61,051 nucleotides of DNA, filler included, from Sphacelaria rigidula (GCA_964200075.2; 10 parts of 10 records of this genome joined end to end with filler, not necessarily neighbours in it), one strand, 5' to 3'. Shown: positions 1-11,938, counted from the first letter of the whole stretch. Numbers and translations: made by a program. The notes: generated from the letters alone by a model not told the origin.

Positions 1-73
1 TCTTCCGTGCAAGAGAGAAATGCCACTTCAGCCCCATATTTTGTATGAACCCCAAAATATAAAATCGGCTGTT
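1..73 (+). repeat. Dispersed repeat end, shared with 42837-42911
   Basis: tcttccgtgcaagagagaaatgccacttcagcccc...gaaccccaaaatataaaatcggctgtta matches tcttccctgcaatagagaaatgcgacttcagcccc...gaaccccaaaatttaaaatcggctgtta near the start of another contig. Confidence 0.75.
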
Positions 74-2741
74 AGTACGCAATAAATTGTGTTTCAGTGA
101 AGAGCGATGGTGCGGTCATACTGTCTCTTGCCGTTGTTTCCAGTGAAGAAATACGGCGCACATACATACCGACTCAGCACGCAATTGACTGCAGGATCAA
201 AATCAGTCAGTGGTTCTCCGGGACTATTTCTATTCAGATTACTTATATCCACATGTTCATGAAAAAGGTTCTTTCCATAGCGAGAGAAGAGCAGTTCTAA
301 ACCTCAATTGTGGCCTTGTCCAGCTCAACCCACCTGCCGGGGTGTCGCTGTCTACGCGTTAGCCCTTACACCGCAATGCAGGTAGTCCACCTGGATCACG
401 CACACTTTTTTCAAGTGAGTTTGATACCGATTCATCGCGTGACCTACCCCAACGTTCTCGAAACACCGAAAATGGAACAAACGAGAGATGAAACGGAATC
501 AGATAACACAATAGACGCACTTTATCTAGATGATCAATGTCCGAAACTACAACATGAGAGAAGAACGCACACGTCTGAGAAGAGGCGAGAGTAGACTGAC
601 AAGAGGCGAGGCAGGAAAGACAGGAGGAAGACCAACAAAGACAGCGATGACAACAGTAGATGCGAACTCCTTCCGGATTTGACCACAGCCAGGCTCACCT
701 TCTTGTCACTCCTCCTTAGGCCGATTTTCTGGTCGGTCCATCCTTGTTTTCTGGCCAATCGCTCTCCGGGTAAAATTGCACGTGATAACCCGATTTGAGT
801 TCGCTCGTAGAAGGGTTGGTAGCGAGGAGTGAGCGTCTTTACTCCCCTCGTACTCTTCGATGAGGGGAACTCCTACGCTCGCCGTTTGTCCACATGGAAA
901 CCGATATCCGCTCAGATCAATCGCGTGTCCGATGGCCGATAGCTCGTTGTTGAGATGCCCCCAGAGTGATAGGGCCGGTGTAAGGCGGTGAACGTCGATC
1001 ACGTAATTTAAAACCCTCTCCACCTCAGCCACGGACGGCGTCGGCACGCACAAGCGAGGACAACGAAGGAAGCAGCAATGAAGCTGAACCTTTTTGAGGG
1101 TCTCTATAGTGATTTGGAGAGCTGGTTGCTGCGTGTGATGCCTTCAACCTCCAAAAGTGCCTCGATTGAAGTTGCGACAGTCAAGCCTGAGAGAAGTTTA
1201 ATCAAGACTTGCTCTGCTAAAAAGGGGGGTTCTCGAGTGCGCCCAGAGACGGAAGCGAACACAACGCCATAAGCACCCAATGAAGCTGAAACTTTTTGAG
1301 GGCGTTTCAAATAAATGATGTTTGAAGAGCGATGGGATGGTTTTTTCGCGCAGGGCGGCTCCGAATCAATTCGGGGAGAAAATAAGTGCGTGGTTCGGAG
1401 CTTCGTGATGAGGTCCGGACGAAAAGGACGGGTACATTGTGAATTTCGGATCAGTAGAAGCATTTTCGCCCGTAACCGACTCCAAGGAATAGAGTAGCAC
1501 CCTGTTTCCATGACGTCCATTACCCTTGGGATCAGCCTCAGGTAGACTCTGAACGTTAAAGCGGGCCTTACACCAAGGTTGTGTTGGGTAGGGTCCATAC
1601 CCGGGTATTTACTATCCAGGGTTTGGTGTGCGATGGTCAGATCCCCAAGTTTAACCCCAATATTGGGTAAAGCTAGGTGCAATCTCATCTCTCTACCCAA
1701 TATGTCTGAGTAGTAATGAACACGATCTCAATATCTCTGCTCGAGGTTCGAGTACCTAAAACACCCTTGTGACACACCCCAGCCTTCCCGCCGCCTGTTC
1801 TCAATGACAGGATAAGGATCCGGTACCCGAGTACTAGAAAGAAGCAGGGTTCGAACCAATCTCGTGAAGAACCTCGTTCGCGGCATCCCTACCCTTGAGG
1901 CAAAAACATGAAACATGCGATGATGTTGGAGATGGACTCGTAGTAACATGGATATCCCAAATGTGTGCCAAAAATATCCAAAGAGTGTTTGCCAACGCTG
2001 GCGTGGGGAACGGGTACGACTCAATGTTTAACGTACCCCGGAATAACCAGTTTTCTTCTCTCTAAGTAGTTGATATCCCAGTTACGCTAAGGAACTCTAA
2101 ACTGCGAATACGCTCGAGAACCCGGGTTACCCCAGAGCGCGGTACGCTGCCCCCCCGTAGGAACCTTGGCTAAATTGGTGAAAGTCTCATTAAAAAAAAA
2201 CTCCTCATTTGTCCCATGCAACACTCGGAAAACACCGTCTTCATCGATTCGTGTGTTTTTCGGAAACCAAGGGCCACATAAACGAATAGACAACAGGAGA
2301 CGAAAACTCGAAAAACATTATTAAAAAAAAGGCGCTCCCTCATCTCCTACACTCATCGATCATATACCGTGTCGACCGTTTTTTTATGGGTTGTCAGCAA
2401 AAAAAAAAAATCATCTCAGCAAGAGCAAGAGAATAATAATAATAATGATGATAATCTCTAAAAAAAACTTTCCCCCCTCTCCTCCCCCTCCTTCTGTATG
2501 TTTTTCTTCATCTACGACACAACTTTGCGGTGTGATGTCACCGTAATACTACGAAAGTAGCAAAGTAGTTATCAACAAAAAAAAAATCAGTGTGAAAAGA
2601 CCCTTAGCAAGGCTGAGGCCTGCGAAAGGGGGGAAAGGTTGCCACTCATCGTCCTATCCACGGTAGCCTTTCATCCCATCCACACAAAAGGCGTGCATCG
2701 ATCAATCCCTACACTCGAAAAAAAATCTTGACTTGTCGGAG

Positions 2742-2744
<3 letters not shown>

Positions 2745-2775
<31 letters not shown>
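2745..2775. repeat. (AT)n microsatellite
   Basis: Perfect AT dinucleotide run. Confidence 0.95.
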
Positions 2776-2776
<1 letters not shown>

Positions 2777-2995
2777 TGCTGCTTTAGTGACGATGAAAAA
2801 TCAAGTCAAAAGTAGACTCGAAGCGCACAGCCAACTAGTATGAAAGATATCTATCTGGTGGCAGCAAAATGTGACGGAGGCGTCATTGCCCAAACGTCAC
2901 CTCTCGTCTCGCCAAAAACCACACAAAACGCAGGCACGCACGCACACGAGCACAACACACAACCACCAACTACGTCGTATCTCCCCGACCCCCAT

Positions 2996-3328
2996 CTATA
3001 CACCAGGGACGGAACCCGATGTTGGTCCTGACCCAGCCCCCGGCCCCCCTCGCTCCTCCCTTGATGTACCACCCTCTACACCCGGTTTTTCTCCCCCAGA
3101 TTCCGTATCGCCCCGCCCCTGTGCTGCTGCTGTTGTGCTGCTGCTTCTATTGTCAGAGGGAGTGGATGCAAAGCAGGGCAGCTTGAGTACGATGCAGCTG
3201 ATGTCATCACGGTAAGCTCCCTCAAATTGGCGCCAGCGTGCTGCAGAAACGGAGATGAGCTCAGCACAAGCCTCGGCGGCCTCTCTACCCCCACCCCGCT
3301 GCAGGCACTCTTGCACCAGGTCCACTAC
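2996..3328 (-). CDS. Terminal exon of a PP2C/PPM-family Ser/Thr phosphatase (upstream exons not on this contig)
   Basis: Pyrimidine-rich tract and cag acceptor, then VVDLVQECLQ...EACAELISVSAARWRQFEGAYRDDISCIVLKLP, which matches the PP2C C-terminal motif (W...EG.YRDDI[ST]xIV). A low-complexity tail and stop follow. Confidence 0.8.
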   Translation of the reverse strand, partial: VVDLVQECLQRGGGREAAEACAELISVSAARWRQFEGAYRDDISCIVLKLPCFASTPSDNRSSSTTAAAQGRGDTESGGEKPGVEGGTSREERGGPGAGSGPTSGSVPGV

Positions 3329-3788
3329 CTGACGCAACGGATTTTGTTCCATCGACCGTGGAAGAGGAGGAAGATTCGGGAAAACGAACAGAAATATAAG
3401 CAAGATTTGGACAAAAAGCGGTCTAACTCGGGTGTGCAGAACTCTTCTTCTCAACAGTTTTTTTGTTGGTTCCCCCACACTGGGGCGCAGCGCGCAGAAC
3501 TGCTGCTTTTTTCAAACCACATAAAAAACTGTGTTCCACCTCAGCAGACGGCGCCCGATTTCACCACCCCAACTTTGAAGCTCCGGTCAAACGCCTCCCC
3601 ATCTGCTGGTGAAACATGTCCGCTGCTGAGAGTGCCTCTCAGGGGCAGAAACGTGAGAATTTCAACGTTTCAGGGAGAAAAGAGGTGGTTCGCTATCTGC
3701 TCGCCGGCAGCAAAAAAGGGGTTCGGCAGCACGGTTCGTTTCAGCAAGCCGCGGTGAATATGGGTGCCACTGGGAGACGATAAAGAGA

Positions 3789-4273
3789 TTGTGGCAGAAG
3801 CACGAGAAGCAGGGGGAAGAGGAGGAGCCCAGTGCGTATATTGGAAACGACCGCAAGGACAACAGCGGCCAAAAGTGCATCGATTTTGATTACCTACGTG
3901 CACGCCTCCGTGACACTCCGCTGAACGGACGCACCACACAGCGCCGCTTGGCTGCGGCGCTCGGGATTCCCCAATCTACGCTGTTCGACAACCTCAAGGC
4001 GCTTGGATTGAGAACACACTTGAACGCGCTCAAGCCGTACCTCACCCATGACGGAAAGGAAGAAAGGCTGCGGTGGGTGTTGCGGTGGCTACGTGCAGCG
4101 AGGTCAGGGTTAGCTAGAGAACTGCACGATTTCGAGGACTTCGTCCATGTGGACGAGAAGTGATTATACCTGTTCAAAGATGGGCAGACGTTCTACTTGT
4201 ACGACGGTGAAGAGCCCCCTATCGGCAAGGTCCAGAGCGAAATGTTCATAACCGAGATCACGTTCCTTGCTGC
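3789..4273 (+). mobile_element. Tc1/mariner transposase remnant (plant/oomycete mariner-like)
   Basis: HTH-like RTTQRRLAAALGIPQSTL, LKPYLT..KEERLRW, first catalytic motif VHVDEK[W>stop]xYL and ...QSxMFITEIxFLAA. In-frame TGA, truncated before the second and third catalytic residues. Confidence 0.85.
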
Positions 4274-4280
4274 TGAGAAC

Positions 4281-4773
4281 CGCAGCAAGGAGCATGATCT
4301 CGGTTATGAACATTTTGCTCTGGACCTTGCCGATAGGGGGCTCTTCACCGTCGTACAAGTAGAACGTCTGCCCATCTCGCAGCAAGGAGCATGATCTTGG
4401 TTATGAACATTTTGCTCTGGACCTTGCCGATAGGGGGCTTTTCACTGTCGTACAAGTAGAACGTCTGCCCATCTCGCAGCAAGGAGCATGATCTTGGTTA
4501 TGAACATTTCGCTCTGGACCTTGCCGATAGGGGGCTCTTCACTGTCGTACAAGTAGAACGTCTACCCATCTTTGAACAGGTAGAATCACTTCTCGTCCAC
4601 ATGGACGAAGTCCTCGAAATCGTGCAGTTCTCTAGCTAACCCTGACCTCGCTGTACGTAGCCACCGCAACATCCACCGCAGCCTTTGCTTTTTTCCGTCA
4701 GGGGTGAGGTACGGCTTGAGCGCGTTTGAATGTGTTCTCAAGCCAAGCGCCTTCAAGTTGTCGAACAGCGTAG
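4281..4773 (-). mobile_element. Inverted second copy of the same mariner fragment, with a 97-bp segment triplicated
   Basis: Reverse complement of about 3975-4273. The 97-bp units start at 4281, 4378 and 4475. Confidence 0.9.
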
Positions 4774-5171
4774 GATTTTTTTTTTCGCTCTTCAATGTGA
4801 CATGTGATCGTATGCCAAAGTTGTCCGACATCCACCGCGCCCAAATGACTCTTCTCTCAATATAATAGAAATCTTGCTTATATTCCGGAAATCAAAATCT
4901 TGCTCATATTCTCGGTCAGAGGGAGTATATATTTATAGTTATGTATTCTCTTTTACTCTTTCACTTTTCTTTATACCCTCAACTTTTTTCTGCTTGCTTG
5001 GTTTGTTCTTGTTATTTATGTAGTTTACTTCGTTTGCTCTTTCCCTACATCCACCTACTTGTCTCTTTTCTTGCGAGCCTTTCCGTTTCGTTCACTTTGA
5101 ACACCGCTCGTCTATCTCGCGACCGCGGGTAGGATCCTCGGGGATGACCTAGTGTGCGAAGATCATCTACA

Positions 5172-5735
5172 CCCTGGACAGTAGATGACACCGTCAAAAA
5201 GTGTACTGTGTGGAGTATCGACTATTGCGGCCTATTGCACTCGACGACAGTCTCCGTACAGTACGCAATATATATTTTTACAACGTCAGATCTCGTCCAG
5301 CTTGTTGACACATCTTTAGGCCAGGGACAAAATATCACATCGTCAAAAGGTGTACTGCGTAGACTATTGACTATTGCTGCCTATGGCAAAAGACAAAAAA
5401 ATCCCTCTGTCCGCAGTACACTTTTCTTTGACAACGCGAATCTCATCCGGCTTGTTTACATATCCTGACGCCAGGGATAATAGATAACATCGTCAAAAAG
5501 CGTACCGAGTAGAGTATCGACTATTGCGGCTTGACGCACAAGACAAAATATTCCACACTGTACGCAGTACACTTTTTTCGACAACGTAAATCTCTTCCAG
5601 CTTGTTGATACATCCTTTGGGCAGGGACAACGGATCACATCGTCAAAAAGTGTACTGCGTAGAGTATCGACTATTGCGATCCAGTGCATCAGACGAAATA
5701 TTCCACACTCGACGCAGTAAGCTTTTTTACACTGC
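5172..5735. repeat. Degenerate ~150-bp tandem repeat, ~3.7 units
   Basis: Anchor cgtcaaaa..gtac at 5192, 5341, 5491 and 5641. A single diverged unit lies at ~31085-31200. Confidence 0.85.
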
Positions 5736-6016
5736 AATTCACTGTCCAGAAGGTAAAATCATTATTGATCATCATCAAACGCCTCGGGTCCCCAGATAGA
5801 AGTAATTATTGGAGGACAACTTCCTTTTTTCTTCAATTTTCCTTGAGGGGGGGGGGGGTATTCATGATCTTGCATGCCGTAGTCCCATGACATTTGACCT
5901 CGTATCCCTACAAAGCAGGGGGGGGGGGGGGGGCATACTTATTTGTTGCTTGCCTTAGTCGTTTGACCATTGACCACGCATCCCTTTCGAGAAGAAGGAG
6001 GGGGGACGGGGCGAGG

Positions 6017-6116
6017 NNNNNNNNNNNNNNNNNNNNNNNNNNNNNNNNNNNNNNNNNNNNTTAATTAATTAANNNNNNNNNNNNNNNNNNNNNNNNNNNN
6101 NNNNNNNNNNNNNNNN
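6017..6116. other. Artificial contig spacer N44-TTAATTAATTAA-N44 (identical copies at 12133-12232, 18249-18348, 24364-24463, 30479-30578, 36594-36693, 42709-42808, 48824-48923, 54938-55037)
   Basis: Nine identical 100-nt spacers with TAA in all six frames. The intervening contigs are 6016,6016,6016,6015,6015,6015,6015,6015,6014,6014 bp, i.e. sorted by length. Confidence 0.98.
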
Positions 6117-6234
6117 TTGCCTCCCAAAACCATGCACTTTTCTGGGGGGGGCTATCGTAGAGAGAATCCGGTACTATCAGGCATCAATGATGTCTGACTT
6201 TGTCAAGCTCTGATGTACAACTACTTGTTGGTAG

Positions 6235-6900
6235 CAGAGAGCTTTGTGGGTGCTGTAGGCTCTAGCCACCATTGTTACCTAAGGTCAGGGACATTGTAAG
6301 TGGAGTTGCGGGTCTGATTGCCTGACTCTGTGATGGTGACCTCCATGACAAATACAGCCGGTTTTGCTACTCTGGTGGAGAGAAGCTATGGTCCTCTTCT
6401 CCTGTACTATGCTGAGGGTTAATACATGAATAACTAAAGCTGCTGAAGTCCATGTGCCCGTGATGGGAGGAGTCCACTAGCAATCTGATCTTGAGTGACA
6501 GAAGTCTACAATGCTCAGCTATGGAACGTTTTTTGAGGGAATGTTTGCTGCGAGGAAGGTGGCATTGCATGTGCTGGGTGAAATGTTGGCATGCATGTGT
6601 GGAATTTCCGCTGCAGTACGCTACAGATGGGCATGGTAACTGGCGAGGAGTACAAGTGCGCATGGTATCTTGCCAAGAGTCAGGGTGAGGCAGTTTTCAA
6701 AACACTGGTGTACGCTGGATGAGGTGAACCTCATTTGTTCCTGCTCTCACAGAAACGCGGCGGAGTTCTCTTTGTGCGGTTTGTAGATACTGACTGTAGG
6801 AGATGGTGATTGCTGCTGTTGGCATTACAATGAGCAGTAACTACGTAATTCGTAGGCTCGTATGTGCGCAAGGAAATCAAAAGTGTTTCTTGTCGTTGAT
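6235..6900 (+). mobile_element. Older remnant of a related Gypsy element next to the insertion site
   Basis: About 6580-6870 aligns by eye with 10800-11090 inside the Gypsy element; gagctttgtgggtgctgtag at ~6240 resembles the PPT/LTR junction. Confidence 0.55.
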
Positions 6901-7358
6901 GATGAGTGATCCCCAGCTATGGAACGTCTTCTGAGGGAATGTTCCGTGCGGAAGGATCATGTGAACGGAGTGTCCGTTTGTTTAAAGAAGCGATGCAGGT
7001 GAGCTGCAAGTCTGTTGGAACATGAAGTGTATTTTACATTGCGAGTAATCGACCGATGGGATATCACGGTCCTGGAACAAAGTTGGGATATTACATCTGG
7101 GTGCTTTCTGGTATGTACTCGGTAAAAACGAGTTTAGAACGATATCACCACGGGTGATAAATGATGGCGGAGGTCGAGGTCCGTTTGCCGTCGTTGGATT
7201 GGTATACATGGCTTGAAATGCGGTTTGAGTCATCGCTTTTTTATTTTCAGTATGCTCATGAGTTGTGTGACGCAATAAAGCTTTCCCGCTTTCACGAAGA
7301 AGAGGTGTGCGATGCATACGTTTTCACGGAGTTGAACAAGCAAGATATCAGCTGCGTC

Positions 7359-7642
7359 TGTAGAGTAGTCCACCTCTAGTACACCTACGTGCAGGTTCAT
7401 GATGATCTATCTACAAGTGGAACAACCTGCTGTAGGCGTTTCCTATGGTTAGACGGACTTGCGGGTCTGATCGGCAGACTATGTGGGTTTGAACATCACA
7501 TGCTTCACGCATGTGGTTACTTCCGATAACGAAGGCTACGTGTTTATGAATAAGAACTGTTTTGAAGTCTCCACGCCCTAGGGAGGGAGGAAGCCCTTGG
7601 AGCAATCTTGTGACCTTGTTCTGAGTCCAGGAGGGCTCTACA
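7359..7642 (+). repeat. 5' LTR
   Basis: Starts TGTAGAG, ends CTCTACA (7-bp terminal inverted repeat); direct repeat of 11659-11938. Confidence 0.9.
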
Positions 7643-7993
7643 ATAAACGTTTATTAAGAGGAACCCGCTGGTTTCTGGAAGAGGTTTGTCAGCTGTGGGC
7701 AGCTGCGGAGAAATTACATCAGACTTTGTACACAGGAGTGTGCACTCTGTAAAGTGAGGGAGCTCGCTGACAACGGAGAGGCGGCTAGGTTGGCTGGAAC
7801 TGTTGCTCGCAGCTATGGCAACGCGCAAGAAAATGGGTAATGGCGATGCAGGCGAAGAGGTGAGGTTTAAGTTTACTGAGCTTATTTTATGCCTGCAGGA
7901 TCGCTGAAAGCCCCAGAGTACGGACGGCATTTTTAGCGAAATGCGTCCCGACGTTTTTAACAGAAATACGTCGAGTATGAAGAGGCGGTCAAA

Positions 7994-8707
7994 ATGAACA
8001 ACAAAGGACGTAGCATGCAGACCGTCTTACTGACTGTTACTGAACTGGTGCCGAAGCACATCCGTGCGTGTTTGTCACGCACGATTTTCGACGGATCCGT
8101 GCTTGCCGAAGACGATCTCAAGGAGGCACTAGGCCGACATGCAAAATGTTGGCAGGATAGAGAGATTGATTCTTCAGTTGCTGCCGCTGGTGTGCGGAAA
8201 GCGTTGGCGGCCCGCAACGAACAAACTGCAATGGGAAGAGTAGAAGGGCCGTGGAGTGCCCTGGAGGAATTCTTCGCGGAGAATGCTAGCGCTGAGCGTG
8301 CGTTCCGCGATGATGCAGATTTCAAACCAGGACCCGCTGAAACTGTAACACGGGAAATATTGAATGGACTACCCCCCCCTGAATTCAAAACCAAAGTCCT
8401 CAACATGTTGAACATGAAGGGGGGGTGGAAGGAGGACCCTGTTCTTGTGTATAACACGGCTCGGGAAGCAGCGGAGGCATGGAAGACGGTGAAAGTCGCG
8501 GATAAGCAGGGCCGTCAGCAGTCGCAGATGAAACAAAAGGGCGGCAGCGGGACTTCCGGAAGCAAGCGCGAACCGAATGGTGAAAAAACGGCGACCGCTG
8601 GCAGTGAGACTGCCAGTTCCGGAAAATCACGGAAACTGGGCCCAAGGTATGCACGTTGTTTCTCATGTGGAGACAAGAGCCACTTCGTGAAGGATTGTAA
8701 GCAGTAA
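7994..8707 (+). pseudogene. Gag with CCHC zinc knuckle
   Basis: CFSCGDKSHFVKDC fits C-X2-C-X4-H-X4-C; premature stop follows. Confidence 0.8.
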
Positions 8708-9007
8708 AGCCAAGGTTCTGCTACACAACATACTACAGGTGGGCAGTCGAAGGCCGGCGATAAGTAGAAACAACAACAGCAGCTGTCGCAGGGCCCTGGA
8801 CAGGTGACTCGCGGAGGGGGGAAGAGTCCTGCCGCTACATGGGCTGTATTTTCACCCGATTGAGGGCGTGCTCCCAGCGGGGGGGCGACGTTGCCACCAG
8901 AACCGGTCACTTCTACTGGTGGCGTGCAGCAGACCATCTCATTGCACTATTTCCCGGTTTCGAAATCTGAGGCGGTACCAGCATGGAGATCGCTCAAAGC
9001 GGGTTAG

Positions 9008-9421
9008 GTGTCAGTTTTTCAATCTGAGGGTCTGCAAGTAGATCACAAGGAAAGGTGGTGTCTTGCCGACTTGTCTGTCCCGAGTGCGGAGGAAAAGGGT
9101 GTTTGTCCGGTCAAGGCCATTTTAGACTCGGGATCTGGTATTACGACCATGTCAGTGGGTGTGGCGGCGAAATTGCAAGCTGTGGTTCCAGATGTTCGAG
9201 TGGTCACACCGATGGTTGATGAACAGCTGGTGACACTGGCAAATGGCAATGTTGAGCGGGTGAAGCAGAAAACTTGCCCTGTCCGAACCGCTTTACGCAC
9301 CAGCTGGGGACCGGTTGTGCTGGACCCATGTTCATATGCGGTCATGCCGCGTACAGATGATATGATCATCATGGGGAACCCTACGCTGGAGGCGCTGGGC
9401 ATTGACGTGTACAGTAGCTGA
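9008..9421 (+). pseudogene. Retrotransposon aspartic protease
   Basis: KAILDSGSG active-site motif and C-terminal IIMGNPTLEALGI. Confidence 0.85.
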
Positions 9422-9451
9422 GGTGCCTATGCACGTGCAAGAAACACTTCG

Positions 9452-11353
9452 GTGCGAGGTGTAAACACGCCTGATTTTACAGACTGTCGGTGCGTCAGTA
9501 CCACGGTTGACGCTTTACAGGAACCAGGAGGTCGGGCGGAGCCCGTTTATTCCTCAATCGAGCGGTTGTTGTCGAGAAGTCCGGAGATGAGCATATCCCC
9601 AGAACAAAAGCGTGCTGAGCTTGATGTTGCGCCGGAGGAGGCAGTACAAGCCGCCGCGGGTAACGGCATGTCGGAGAGCGACGTGAGCCAGATTCGTGAG
9701 CCTGTACGGAACAGAGCGAGCATTTTTAGGCGAGTGCTGCATGGTTATCCGCCTGCTCGCGCCGAGCCCTTGAAGGTGAAATTCAAACCTGTTGTTGTGG
9801 AGGCAAAGGCTCGGCAGAGGGCGTACTTTCCGGTCAGGATGGCGTCGTTGGCACGCTGCATCGCAACATTGGTGGCGCTAGGGCTCGTGTACTGCAGTTT
9901 GCAGGTAGAGTGGGCGAGAGCGGCGATTGCAACGCCCGAGAAGTCCTATTTTCGCTGGATGAGTTGCATACAAGTCGGGGGAGGAAGTTCCCCGTCACCG
10001 CAAGGAGGTGGTGCATGGTGCTCGCACAGGGAAGGTTTTTCATTTCAATTTTCTCAGTGTTGGCGAGGGTTGTCCGCTGGGAGATAATGGCTTGGACAAA
10101 GGAGATTGATTCAGGTACATATTGGTAAGGAAGGATGACCCGGGCGACTTCGTGCGGTTGGAGCCCGCGGAGTCTTGTACGGCAGCAACGACGGTGAAGC
10201 ATCTGTTGACATGGTGCAAAGCGCTGGAGCCGCAGGAGGGATGGGTCAGCGATACGGTATCGCAATATGAGAATCTTGTGGTGAGAGTACTCAAGAAGGT
10301 GCTAATGGATCGCAGATTCGTGGTGGCCAACTCGCACTTGTCACATCGTGAATGTGAGCGAATGGTGCGTGACATTGTTCGTACCTTGAAGGCCATAATG
10401 CAGAGAGAAAGAAACGATGCCAACGCCTGGGTGGGTTCGGTACCTGCCGTGCAGTGGGCATTGTTGCACACTGGTTTTCGGGACAGCTGTGAGAACTGTA
10501 GCTGCATCTATGATGTGAGGAGCGACTGTTGGAGTGGAATTGCTACTCTACGGTGTGGACGGAGATTGTAGCCGGAGAGCTGCTGTTTCTCAGGAGGAGC
10601 GCAGGAGAATTACTAGGCAGGCAATGCCTGAGGTGCTCGATGTTGCGGTGAGCGCCGGATTGGGTGATGTTAAGGAGTAAGTACTAGTGGAATTGTTTGT
10701 TGAGAATGAAAAAGCACATTGTGACATGTATACCTGAATCGTTTTGTGGACGATTTTAGGTGGTGGTGATGTGGTTCCTGGACGTGTCTGTTGTGTTGCG
10801 CTGGTTGGCATGCATGATACATGGTGGTTTCTGCAAAGAAGCTGCTGAGTGAAATATGAGCATGCAGGTGTGACTGATGTGCATGGTGTCTGATGAAGAG
10901 TCAGAGTGAGGCAGTTTCCAATACACTGCTGTGTGCTGAATGAAATAAAGCTCGTATTTTATTGTTCGCGCAAAAAAGTGGAGTCATCTTTATGCGGTTT
11001 GCAGAAACTGACTGTAGGAGATGGTGATTGCTGCTGCTGGCTTGAAAATGAGCGGAAACTACGAATTGCGTGAGCTTGTATGTGAACAAGTATAACGTGA
11101 GTATTTCCAGAGGTTGACGGTCAAAGAAATCGTGCGCGAATAAAGTGATCTTTTACTGTGGTACATCTTTGATGGCTTGTCATGTGCTTGGATAAGCGCA
11201 TAGATGGTGTTTCGCATCTGAAAAACGGAGAATGCGGATGGTGTGCCTATTTTTCTGGAAGGAGTCCCGCATATTTGTTCTGAGCTGCGTCAGTTGGAAC
11301 TGAGTCAAACGGTGCGGGCACGGTTGTAGGCAAAGTACGGTATCAAGCTTTGA
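9452..11353 (+). pseudogene. Decayed pol: RT N-terminus, integrase core fragment, possible chromodomain-like tail
   Basis: PPARAEPLKVKFKP...R.Y (RT start). LVRKDD..FVRLEPAESCTA...W...WVSD and CERMVRDIVRTLKA...W...PAVQWAL (integrase). RT catalytic core and RNase H not seen. Frameshifts and stops present. Confidence 0.7.
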
Positions 11354-11658
11354 GTGCATGGTATGATCGAATGCTACGGTTTGAAATGGTATTATCCTCG
11401 GCGCGTTTGCTTTGTGTGAGCATGTCACGATTGGAAATTGCCGTTGAATGAATTATTGACTTCACTAAACTCGATTGAAACGCGGTGCTCAAGTGTCGTT
11501 GTTCAGCGTTTTGCGAATGATCGTTTTCTTTGTGAACATGACATAGCATGGTCATGTGTCACCAACAGGCGGACAAAGGTAGCGTGAACGTGTTTGTCGG
11601 TGTCTACTGTTCGTCAAACTCGCTTTCTACTTCGAGTAGTGCGGAGTTTTGGGGGTGC

Positions 11659-11938
11659 TGTAGAGTAGTTCACCTCCAGTACACGTACGTGCAGGTCCAT
11701 GATGATCTACAAGTGGAACAATCTGCTGTAGGCGTTTTCTATGGTTTGACGGACTTGCGGGTCTGATCGGCAGACTATGTGGACTTGAACATCACATGCT
11801 TCACGCATGTGGTTACTTCCGATAACGAAGGCTACGTGTTTATGAATAACAACTGTCTTGAAGTCTCCAGGCCCTAGTGAGGGAGGAAGCCCTTGGAGCA
11901 ATCTTGTGACCTTGTTCTGAGTCCAGGAGGGCTCTATA
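11659..11938 (+). repeat. 3' LTR
   Basis: Direct repeat of 7359-7642, preceded by gagttttgggggtgc. Confidence 0.9.

Larger units (their letters stand above)
7359..11938 (+). mobile_element. Ty3/Gypsy LTR retrotransposon with both LTRs, internally deleted and non-autonomous
   Basis: LTRs at 7359-7642 and 11659-11938 (TGTAGAG...CTCTACA/TA; about 14 substitutions plus one 4-bp indel by hand count). TSD CGTC at 7355-7358 and 11939-11942. G-rich PPT-like tract before the 3' LTR. Domain order gag-PR-RT-IN. Confidence 0.9.

Noticed and set aside
4161..4163. TGA read as Trp (alternative genetic code), since TGA sits at the conserved W in both mariner arms
   Set aside because: The two arms are copies of one another, so this is a single mutation; Trp is encoded by TGG in the Copia and PP2C sequences.
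4281..4570. CRISPR-like array
   Set aside because: The units are contiguous 97-bp transposase-derived duplications with no unique spacers, and there are no cas genes in this eukaryotic context.
6061..6072. TTAATTAATTAA recurring every ~6.1 kb as a biological periodic motif; ORFs ending in X...LIN
   Set aside because: Always centred in an N-padded 100-nt spacer; an assembly linker.
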